A DNA stretch of 64,000 nt from Cyanobacteriota bacterium. GTDB taxonomy: Bacteria; Cyanobacteriota; Cyanobacteriia; Cyanobacteriales; Nostocaceae. How positions within the stretch are numbered: the stretch's first letter is position 1; every line of letters starts with the position of its first letter. The stretch spans positions 1 to 64,000 of the forward strand of contig JBJOKS010000005.1 of NCBI GenBank assembly GCA_046045965.1, read 5' to 3'. Below the pieces are notes generated by a model that was not told the DNA's origin, searched no databases, and worked only from the letters and a program-made list of their open reading frames with translations. Below are positions 10,452 to 18,133 of this stretch, piece after piece. The translations under genes and the position numbers were made by a program.

Positions 10452-10529
10452 TGGGGACTGGGGACTGGGGACTGGGGACTGGGAAGAATGAATTTATTAC
10501 CAGTTACCAATTACCAATTACCAATTACC
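10452..10529. repeat. STRR arrays (GGGGACT)n and (CCAATTA)n
   Basis: Tandem heptamers between convergent genes. Confidence 0.85.
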
Positions 10530-11227
10530 TAAATAGCAAATTCCGGCTGTTCACTGGTCATGGCTTTGAGTTTAGATGTAAACGAATCAGAGCGATCGCT
10601 CCTTTGGGGAGTAAACTGTCCAATTGGGGGATTATTGGCATTTGCTGGCATTAATTGGGGTAGTTCTTGCTGTGTGGGTGTGGATAAACTCCCCTGAGTC
10701 ATCAGCTTTTGAGTAACGGATGCGGCTAACTGTCTCTTGCTGGTATCGGCAGCTACTTTAAACGAGGGAGATGTTAACACCCGAACTTGTTGCTCTTCAT
10801 GATTTAATAAATACCCGGATGCAGTTTGATTTTCCAGGTAATAATTACTAGATTGAGCAGGTAATTGTTGAGTATTCTTTGTCGGCTCAATGCGGTTTGT
10901 TTGTGGTATTGGTGGTAAAACGGGTGGAGATATTTTGGTGAGGCTTTCTGGAAATTTGCTACAAATCATCCTTTCAAATTCCATGTTGAAATGATAAACC
11001 ACCTGGCCACGCCGTTGCCAAAAGGTTAATATCTGTTGTACTGATATGGCTTTATAGCGTCCTTGATACAAAGCTTCAATAACTGCTAGATGTAACCAAT
11101 CCATCGGGTACTCTCTGCGCCAATGGTTAATTAACTCACTGGCACTGTACCCATTGAGGTCAAAACTATAATGAACTAATAAGTTGACAGCCAATTCGGC
11201 GCTGGTGTTTGGGGGTGTTGTTAGCAT
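10529..11227 (-). CDS. Conserved cyanobacterial hypothetical protein
   Basis: 232-aa ORF; ordered N-half (AVIEALYQGRYKAISVQQILTFWQRRG), low-complexity C-half. Confidence 0.7.
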   Translation of the reverse strand: MLTTPPNTSAELAVNLLVHYSFDLNGYSASELINHWRREYPMDWLHLAVIEALYQGRYKAISVQQILTFWQRRGQVVYHFNMEFERMICSKFPESLTKISPPVLPPIPQTNRIEPTKNTQQLPAQSSNYYLENQTASGYLLNHEEQQVRVLTSPSFKVAADTSKRQLAASVTQKLMTQGSLSTPTQQELPQLMPANANNPPIGQFTPQRSDRSDSFTSKLKAMTSEQPEFAI

Positions 11228-11473
11228 GGGCTTTTATTTCCAGGCAATAGGTATAAATGTTTAACCCATCGCATCTAGCCTAACGTGTTTTTAGCTACAT
11301 GATGATTTTTTCACAAGCCGCAAATTTGTTAGTCAGTGTTTTTCATTCTACTTGTCAATCGCTATTATGCAAAATAATATAGTAGAACTTCAGCACTGGA
11401 CAAAATTACCATTAAATGCTGGTAATTCATAATTCATAATTCATAATTCATAATTCATCATCTCCTGACTCCT

Positions 11474-11499
11474 GTACGGGCGAACGGCCGTTCGCCCCT
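11474..11499. repeat. Small dispersed palindromic repeat inserted in a CTCCTGA array
   Basis: Perfect 20-bp palindrome GGGCGAACGGCCGTTCGCCC at 11478-11497; identical copy at 40960-40979. Confidence 0.85.
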
Positions 11500-11511
11500 C
11501 CTGACTCCTAA

Positions 11512-13557
11512 CTAAATAGGTTTAACCCGTTTGATGGCCACTAATGCTTGATAAATCATAGCTGCAACTTCGGCGCGTGTGGCTTCTCTGGTGGGTGCAA
11601 GCAGTTTGGGGTCTGGATAATTGATAATAATATTTTGTTGGATGGCAGTTGCGATCGCTGTTCTGGCATATTCAGGTATAGAGTTTCTATCTGTATAGGG
11701 AATTAACAAATTATTATTCGCTGCTGGTAGTCCTAGTCCGTTGACAAGGGAAACAATTACTTGTATTCTTTGTACGTTTTGATGGGGGCGAAAAGTGCGA
11801 TCGCTAAACCCTGCCACAAAACCACCCCTAGCGGCTATTTGAATGGCTTTAGCTGCCCAAAAATCGCCAGGAACGTCTGTAAAATCGGTGGCTGGGCGTT
11901 TGGGTGTAGGATTAAAAGCAGATGCAATTAAAGCTGCATATTGAGCGCGAGTCATGGGTTTATCTGGTTGGTAGCTACCATCTGCAAAACCTTGAGTTAA
12001 ATTCATACTCACTAAAGCCCTAATAAATGGTTCTGCCCAATGTCCTACTAAATCAGAAAATGAGGGAATTTCTGTATCTGGTTTGACAATGTAGGGCGAA
12101 GAAATGACTTCTGCCTCACTTCTGGACACTAAAGCCTGATAAATTAATGCTGCTACTTCTGCACGGGTAATTTCTCGTAAGGGTTCTAATAATTCTAGTT
12201 GGGGATAATTGATGATTAACAGTTTTTGGGTAGCAATGGTGACTGCATTAATAGCATAACTGGGAATTTGGGCGCGATCGCTATAGACTTTTAACCCATT
12301 AGGATTACTACCAGTAAATTTTAAACCATTAACAATTGATACTATCGCCTGTACTTTGGTTAAATTTTGTCCTGGCCTAAAAGTTCCATCAGGAAAGCCA
12401 TTCAAAAAGCCCCCATCAGCCGCACTAGCAATGGCTGAAGCCGCCCAAAAATCATTTCTCACATCTTTAAATCTATTCAGGTTATTACTAGCAGGTAACT
12501 GAAAAGTCTTGGTAATTAAAGCAGCATATTGAGCGCGGGTAATGGGTGTCGCAGGTTGAAAAGTGCCATCAGGAAAACCACTGATAAAACCTTTATTCAC
12601 CAATGCTTCGATAAAAGCCGTTGCCCAATGTCCATATAAGTCTGAGAAACTGGTACTAATAGCCACTTGACTAGGAGTATCGGTTGTAGCAGCGAGAAAT
12701 TGTATTACTCCCTTAACCTGGGCAGGATTTAACTGATTGCCTACAGAAATCACTTTTTGAGATGATATATTTTGAATATCAAACTCTTTGTGATCACGAA
12801 AAATATTATCAGCTGGGTCTTGAGGTTTACCCAAGTCAGGAATAGCATTACCATTGATTAACAAACCACCTTGGGTATTTTGGCAAATCAAATTTCGTCT
12901 TAATACCGGACTTGCATCACGAGAAATACCCATTGCTAACCGGTTTTTGATCAGTTTGTTATTTGCTACTAAAGGTGCTGCAAAATCGCTAATAGCTATC
13001 CCTACAGGGTTATTTTCAAACACATTCCGCAATACTTCCCCTTTGCTATAACGTGCCATCATTAAACCGCTGGCAACATTTTGTATAAATACGTTATCTA
13101 AAATTGCAGGTTTAGCCTTACCCGTGCTAAATATTCCTTCCCGTCCACATTGACTGAATGTATTATTAGCTAATGTCGGTGCTGTAGATTCAATCCAAAT
13201 CCCAGTACCTTTGTTTACAGGGTTGGTAACAGTTATACCTAAGATACTGGCATCACCTAATAATAACAGGGTGATATTTTGCAGACCAAAGCTGGGACTT
13301 TGATATTCACCACTCCCAGAAATAATAATTCCCTGACCTTTGTTAGATTCGTTACCTACCAGTAGCATTTCTCCAGGAATAATTAACGGAAAAACCTCAC
13401 CTGTAGAAGTGCTGTAAGTTCCTGGCGCTAACTGTATAATTCCCGGTGATGTGGTAGTTTTTAAGGCACGGGTGATAGTTCTGAACGGACTTAACCGAGA
13501 ACCAGTATTAGTATCATTACCTGTAACCGAATTTACGTGGAGTGTCGCAACAACCAT
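11512..13557 (-). CDS. DUF1565 / beta-helix protein with two sets of S-layer homology (SLH) repeats
   Basis: PFRTITRAL..LAPGTYS; FSDLYGHWA, GFPDGTFQP, ITRAQYA and TRAEVAA repeats. Confidence 0.85.
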   Translation of the reverse strand: MVVATLHVNSVTGNDTNTGSRLSPFRTITRALKTTTSPGIIQLAPGTYSTSTGEVFPLIIPGEMLLVGNESNKGQGIIISGSGEYQSPSFGLQNITLLLLGDASILGITVTNPVNKGTGIWIESTAPTLANNTFSQCGREGIFSTGKAKPAILDNVFIQNVASGLMMARYSKGEVLRNVFENNPVGIAISDFAAPLVANNKLIKNRLAMGISRDASPVLRRNLICQNTQGGLLINGNAIPDLGKPQDPADNIFRDHKEFDIQNISSQKVISVGNQLNPAQVKGVIQFLAATTDTPSQVAISTSFSDLYGHWATAFIEALVNKGFISGFPDGTFQPATPITRAQYAALITKTFQLPASNNLNRFKDVRNDFWAASAIASAADGGFLNGFPDGTFRPGQNLTKVQAIVSIVNGLKFTGSNPNGLKVYSDRAQIPSYAINAVTIATQKLLIINYPQLELLEPLREITRAEVAALIYQALVSRSEAEVISSPYIVKPDTEIPSFSDLVGHWAEPFIRALVSMNLTQGFADGSYQPDKPMTRAQYAALIASAFNPTPKRPATDFTDVPGDFWAAKAIQIAARGGFVAGFSDRTFRPHQNVQRIQVIVSLVNGLGLPAANNNLLIPYTDRNSIPEYARTAIATAIQQNIIINYPDPKLLAPTREATRAEVAAMIYQALVAIKRVKPI

Positions 13558-13650
13558 AATAATTCAGAATTCATAATTCATAATAGGTTATAACAAAAGG
13601 AGTCAGGAGTCAGGAGTCAGAATAAAAATAGATTTGTTACCAATTACCAA

Positions 13651-16600
13651 TTACCCATTAGCAATTTGTTCACTACAGATAATCACAGGTATTGGATGTG
13701 ATAATATTGGTAAACTGTGATTTTTCCAATCTTTCATATTATGTTGACGGTAAATTTGCACCAGTCGTTTAAACAATTCTTCTCCTGTAATTCCCTGATG
13801 TCTTAATATATTAATCTCTCGACTTATAGCTTGAGTCAAAGAACTACGAAAGGCTTTTTCTATTATATTGATTTGATTTTTTATCTCTTCCCCAGAAGTT
13901 GATTTAAATAATATTCTCAGTTCTTTTAAAACATACCTTTGTCCTTGTGTCAACCGTTGGTTAAATTCTCTTTCGGCTTGACGTTGTTTTACTTCTTCGG
14001 CAAATTGACGCTTAACACGCATCACTTTTAAATTATAATCTGGAGGAAGTGCTACACTGGGAGTATTTTTATCTGCTTTTATTGCACCTAAAATGCGGGG
14101 AATGTCTCTAGAAATTATATTTCCTTTGTTGTCTAATAAAAACAACTGTTGATATCCTTTAATATCCGGTCTATTCGGATCTGACGCTTCACAAAATACG
14201 AATGTTCCCTGATTTTGTAAGGAGAATTTAGCAGTGCGGATACCATGCGGTAAATTGGCAATTCTGGTAAATTCCTCTGGGTGATCTTTTTGTAAGATTC
14301 TGAGAATTTCTTCAGCTTCATTTAATTCTAAAAATTCCTCTTCTTCCTCTGTTTCAAAAATGCTTAGTTGTTTATCTTCCTGTTGTTCATAAATTGCATA
14401 CATCGCTTCTTCGTTGAGTTGTTCACTACCATCTAAAATTGCCGCATCTTCACCGATGGTATCATGAATTTCTTGAATGCGATTTTTCAGCTTTTGCTTT
14501 AAACCTAAATTTCGTTCTATTCCTATTTCTGGTAAAAAGTTATATCCATAGATTACATCTTTTTCACTGCCTATTCTATCAATTCTGCCAAAACGTTGAA
14601 TTAATTTAACCGGGTTCCAATGCAAATCATAATTGATAATTAAATCACCATCTTGTAAGTTTAAACCTTCTGCTAAAATATCGGTAGCAATGAGGGTATT
14701 AATTTCTGATTCTCCCGTTTTAAATTTATATTCTTTATTCGCTTTAGGTGCAAATCTTCCTACTAACCGACTTTTATTTTTATTACTTCCACTATATATA
14801 ACTTCAATATCATCTCGTTTACCTTGAGGATTTAAATTCTCATACAGGTATTTTGCAGTATCAGCGTATTGGGTAAAAATCAGGCGTTTTTTAGTTTTCA
14901 GTTCTGGTTTATTTAGCCATTTAATCAAAGTTTGTAATTTCGCATCTTTTTCTGGTGTAATTGGCTCAACTAATGATATAATTTTCTTGAGAAGTTTAAT
15001 ATCATGTTCGATATGACTTTGTAATTTCTCACTATCAAAATCTGCTAAATCGTATTTATCAGAAACCAGACGTAAAGCATCAATGATATCTTGTTCTTCT
15101 CCTTGGTTATCATCTTCTGATAGGAGAGTTTGCGCTTCTTCTCCTGCGGGAATAAAACCTTGAACCAGTGCATTTAAAAATCTTTCATGGACTAATAACA
15201 GTTTTTTCAGAGTTTCTTGAAAAGCATAAACACTAGACTCGAAGCGTTTAAATAATAACACTCGCATTAGTCCCCGCAGGTTAGAACCGGCACGTTGTAA
15301 GGTATTATAGGGTTCTTGTTTTTGTTTATCTTTCAATACATAGTTCCACAGTCCATAACGTCCATAGCTAAGTTCGTTTTTTGCAGGTTTGAGTAATTGA
15401 CGTTTGCGAGACTTACCCAGATATTGACGCAGTTCTTGATACAGTCCTTGATATGTATCTTCAATGCTGTATTCAATGGTTTCTAATTCTCGTTTGGGGA
15501 AAAAACGGGGTTGATTTCCTACAAGAACATAAGCGCGTCGAGTTCCATCTATATAAGGACGGAAGTTAGTTGAGTCTACTTTTTCCTGAGTTTCTGCATC
15601 AAAACCATAAAAACGTAAAATATGGTTACGAGTCCGACGGATGAGAATATGAGAAAGCAGTTCTGGGAGTTTTTTTTCTCCTTTTTCTACTAATTGAAAA
15701 TACTCTTTTAAGTCGGGTGGGTCTATAGGTAAATCTGTTTTATCATCTTGATGGAATAGTTTGAGTTGATGATAAATATCCCAAGCGGTTTTATTGCGGG
15801 GTGTTGCGGTTAATAAACAACAACGTTTACCAGCAGCTAAAAATGTTTCTAAGACTTTATATCTTTGGGTATTGTTATTTCTTAAATTATGACTTTCATC
15901 AATTAAGACAAAATCTCTATCTTTATATTGATAGTCTTCTAATAATACTTTAAAACTGCTTTCTTTATCTTCTTTCAGCATTCCCATTGATAAAATGCGA
16001 GCATTTAATTGATAAATTTCGTTATATCTGTCCCACATTTCTACCAATGGTGCTGGACAAATAATTAAAGAACGTGAGCGTTCTGTTTGTTCAAATCTTT
16101 TGACTATTGCAGCACCAATAAAGCTTTTACCCAGTCCCACAACATCAGAAACAAATGCACCTCCATAGTCGCGGATATTCTGCACTGCGTTGTTAACAGC
16201 GACAAGTTGAAAATCTGCTAGTTGTTTACTAATTTCATCATCTTGTAAAATTAATTCTTTGGGGTTGCTTTCTTCTAATCTATCTTTGACTAATGTATAT
16301 AATGTTTTCATGTAAATATCATAAGGACGCACTTGAGAAATAGCCCAAGATTGTTTCATTTCCTGCATTAATGCTTCGTTAAAATCTTCAGACTCATTCC
16401 AAAGTTCTTCAAACCAATGGGTTAATTCTCTATGGTTATCGTTACCATGAATGACTACATTAAGTTCTGTATTATGGGTGATACCGGAAAGGGTAAGATT
16501 GGAAGAACCAACGATAGCAATACCATTTTCTGTGCGTTCTAATAATCTTCCTTTGCTATCATAAATATTACCGTAATCAAAAATATAGGCTTTTGCGTGT

Positions 16601-17025
16601 AATGTTCCTTTGGTGTAAACGCGGACTTGCAGCCTTTTTTCTTCTATCATTTCGACGAGGTTTTTAACTAATGTTTCGGCTTCGTTTGTCTGGTCCATTA
16701 GTTCGATGCTAGAACGAATATTAGCTGCTGTTTCGTTGGCCATCCGTTTTTCTTCGCTGCGTTTGGGATAGCTTTGGGCTTCAATTTGGTCGGCTATTAA
16801 TTCTAGTCGGCGATATCCTTGGGCTATTTGTTCTATGGTTTCTCGGTTGCTGGTATTTCCTATTAATAAGCGTAGTTGTTTGATGTTGGTGAGGGGTTTG
16901 GCTATGGCGGTAAAACCGGATAAAAAGAAGTAACCAACGGCAAAGTTTGCGGCTTCTGTTGTGTCGAGAATGCGGTTTATTTGGTCTACTAATTTTTGAT
17001 TTCTGTTGTCTATTATGTCGTGCAT
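13651..17025 (-). CDS. PLD-family nuclease fused to an SF2 (SNF2-like) helicase
   Basis: HxKxxxxD motif LHAKAYIFD..GSSNLT; Walker A DVVGLGKS; DESH; TATP; EGLNLQ; QRFGRIDRIG. Confidence 0.88.
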   Translation of the reverse strand: MHDIIDNRNQKLVDQINRILDTTEAANFAVGYFFLSGFTAIAKPLTNIKQLRLLIGNTSNRETIEQIAQGYRRLELIADQIEAQSYPKRSEEKRMANETAANIRSSIELMDQTNEAETLVKNLVEMIEEKRLQVRVYTKGTLHAKAYIFDYGNIYDSKGRLLERTENGIAIVGSSNLTLSGITHNTELNVVIHGNDNHRELTHWFEELWNESEDFNEALMQEMKQSWAISQVRPYDIYMKTLYTLVKDRLEESNPKELILQDDEISKQLADFQLVAVNNAVQNIRDYGGAFVSDVVGLGKSFIGAAIVKRFEQTERSRSLIICPAPLVEMWDRYNEIYQLNARILSMGMLKEDKESSFKVLLEDYQYKDRDFVLIDESHNLRNNNTQRYKVLETFLAAGKRCCLLTATPRNKTAWDIYHQLKLFHQDDKTDLPIDPPDLKEYFQLVEKGEKKLPELLSHILIRRTRNHILRFYGFDAETQEKVDSTNFRPYIDGTRRAYVLVGNQPRFFPKRELETIEYSIEDTYQGLYQELRQYLGKSRKRQLLKPAKNELSYGRYGLWNYVLKDKQKQEPYNTLQRAGSNLRGLMRVLLFKRFESSVYAFQETLKKLLLVHERFLNALVQGFIPAGEEAQTLLSEDDNQGEEQDIIDALRLVSDKYDLADFDSEKLQSHIEHDIKLLKKIISLVEPITPEKDAKLQTLIKWLNKPELKTKKRLIFTQYADTAKYLYENLNPQGKRDDIEVIYSGSNKNKSRLVGRFAPKANKEYKFKTGESEINTLIATDILAEGLNLQDGDLIINYDLHWNPVKLIQRFGRIDRIGSEKDVIYGYNFLPEIGIERNLGLKQKLKNRIQEIHDTIGEDAAILDGSEQLNEEAMYAIYEQQEDKQLSIFETEEEEEFLELNEAEEILRILQKDHPEEFTRIANLPHGIRTAKFSLQNQGTFVFCEASDPNRPDIKGYQQLFLLDNKGNIISRDIPRILGAIKADKNTPSVALPPDYNLKVMRVKRQFAEEVKQRQAEREFNQRLTQGQRYVLKELRILFKSTSGEEIKNQINIIEKAFRSSLTQAISREINILRHQGITGEELFKRLVQIYRQHNMKDWKNHSLPILSHPIPVIICSEQIANG

Positions 17026-17071
17026 AATTCATAATTCATAATTATACTTTATCGGTTTCTCGTTCCTAATT

Positions 17072-17183
17072 CTCGTACCCAGTCTCTGACTGGGAATGCT
17101 TTGATAGAGGCTCTGCCTCGGTTATTATAGAATATAAGGCAGAGCCTTATATAATTCATTTCCATACAGAGTATGGGAACGAG
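17072..17183. repeat. REP/REPIN-like multi-hairpin element, copy 1
   Basis: Terminal inverted repeat CTCGTACCCA..TGGGAACGAG; hairpins CCCAGTC-TCT-GACTGGG, GAGGC-TCT-GCCTC, AAGGC-AGA-GCCTT, CCATAC-AGA-GTATGG. Confidence 0.8.
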
Positions 17184-17200
17184 GAAAACGAGGATAATTT

Positions 17201-17644
17201 TTAATTATTTAATATTTCACTGAGGATAATAACTGGTAAGTTGGGAACATTACGAAAGCCTTTATCGTTGGTTATAAATTGTGTACAATTAATTGATAAT
17301 GCTGTGGCTGCATGAATGGCATCTGGTGTTTTTAAGTTGGTTTTTGCCCTCAAATTAGCTGCTTGTTTTAATACGATTTGGCTGATAGGAATTAGCTGCA
17401 TTTCTTCTGATAATAGTAGTTGTTCATAAGCTTCTATTAAAGTAGTGTTATTGTTTCTCATAGGCAGGATTAAAACTTCCATTAAGATGAGTTCACTACT
17501 GACTATTTCAATTTCACCTTGTTGATATTTCAACCATAATGGTTGCAAAAGTGAATAATAATCAAAGTTGCTTTCAATCGTATAAATTACTATTGATGTA
17601 TCTATATAGATAACACCAGAATTAGGAAGTATTAACTGTCCCAT
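17201..17644 (-). CDS. vapC: PIN-domain (VapC-like) toxin
   Basis: IYIDTSIVIY, LMEVL, KTPDAIHAATA, FITND acidic PIN residues. Confidence 0.88.
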   Translation of the reverse strand: MGQLILPNSGVIYIDTSIVIYTIESNFDYYSLLQPLWLKYQQGEIEIVSSELILMEVLILPMRNNNTTLIEAYEQLLLSEEMQLIPISQIVLKQAANLRAKTNLKTPDAIHAATALSINCTQFITNDKGFRNVPNLPVIILSEILNN

Positions 17645-17871
17645 GCTTCTCTTTCCTCTTGCAGTTGTTTGTCTATATCTTCAGCACTTCTAAAGGTTTG
17701 TTTGCTGCGAATTTGTTCTATTAACTCTATAATTGAACGCCGTTTTGAGGTTGGTTTTTCTGGTAGTATCACAAATATGTCAACGGTATCACCTATTGCA
17801 CTGTTGGGAACTGATATTTCTATTTTGTTTCCTGGTAAAACTTTGGTGGTGATGTGTAGTGCTTCTTGCAT
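17632..17871 (-). CDS. Putative antitoxin of the PIN toxin
   Basis: 79 aa, overlaps the toxin start; TKVLPGNKIEI beta-rich N-terminus, EEREAWD tail. Confidence 0.75.
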   Translation of the reverse strand: MQEALHITTKVLPGNKIEISVPNSAIGDTVDIFVILPEKPTSKRRSIIELIEQIRSKQTFRSAEDIDKQLQEEREAWDS

Positions 17872-17928
17872 GATTTTTTGACTTTTTTGTTGTTACTTTT
17901 TAGATGATTATATCATTTATATTGTTAT

Positions 17929-18052
17929 CTCGTTCCCAGTCTCTGACTGGGAATGCTATTTTAGAGGTTCTACCTCTATTCTACCTCTATGATGTTTTTG
18001 ATAGAAGACAGAGTCTTCTTTAATTCATTCCCATACAGAGTATGGGAACGAG
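17929..18052. repeat. REP/REPIN-like multi-hairpin element, copy 2
   Basis: CTCGTTCCCAGTCTCTGACTGGGAATGC...CATTCCCATACAGAGTATGGGAACGAG, same orientation as copy 1. Confidence 0.8.
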
Positions 18053-18133
18053 AAAATGAACCATGAAGACACGAAGAACACGAAGGAAGAAAGGAGGAAG
18101 GAAGAGGATTTAATTGTTAGTAATTATGATTTA

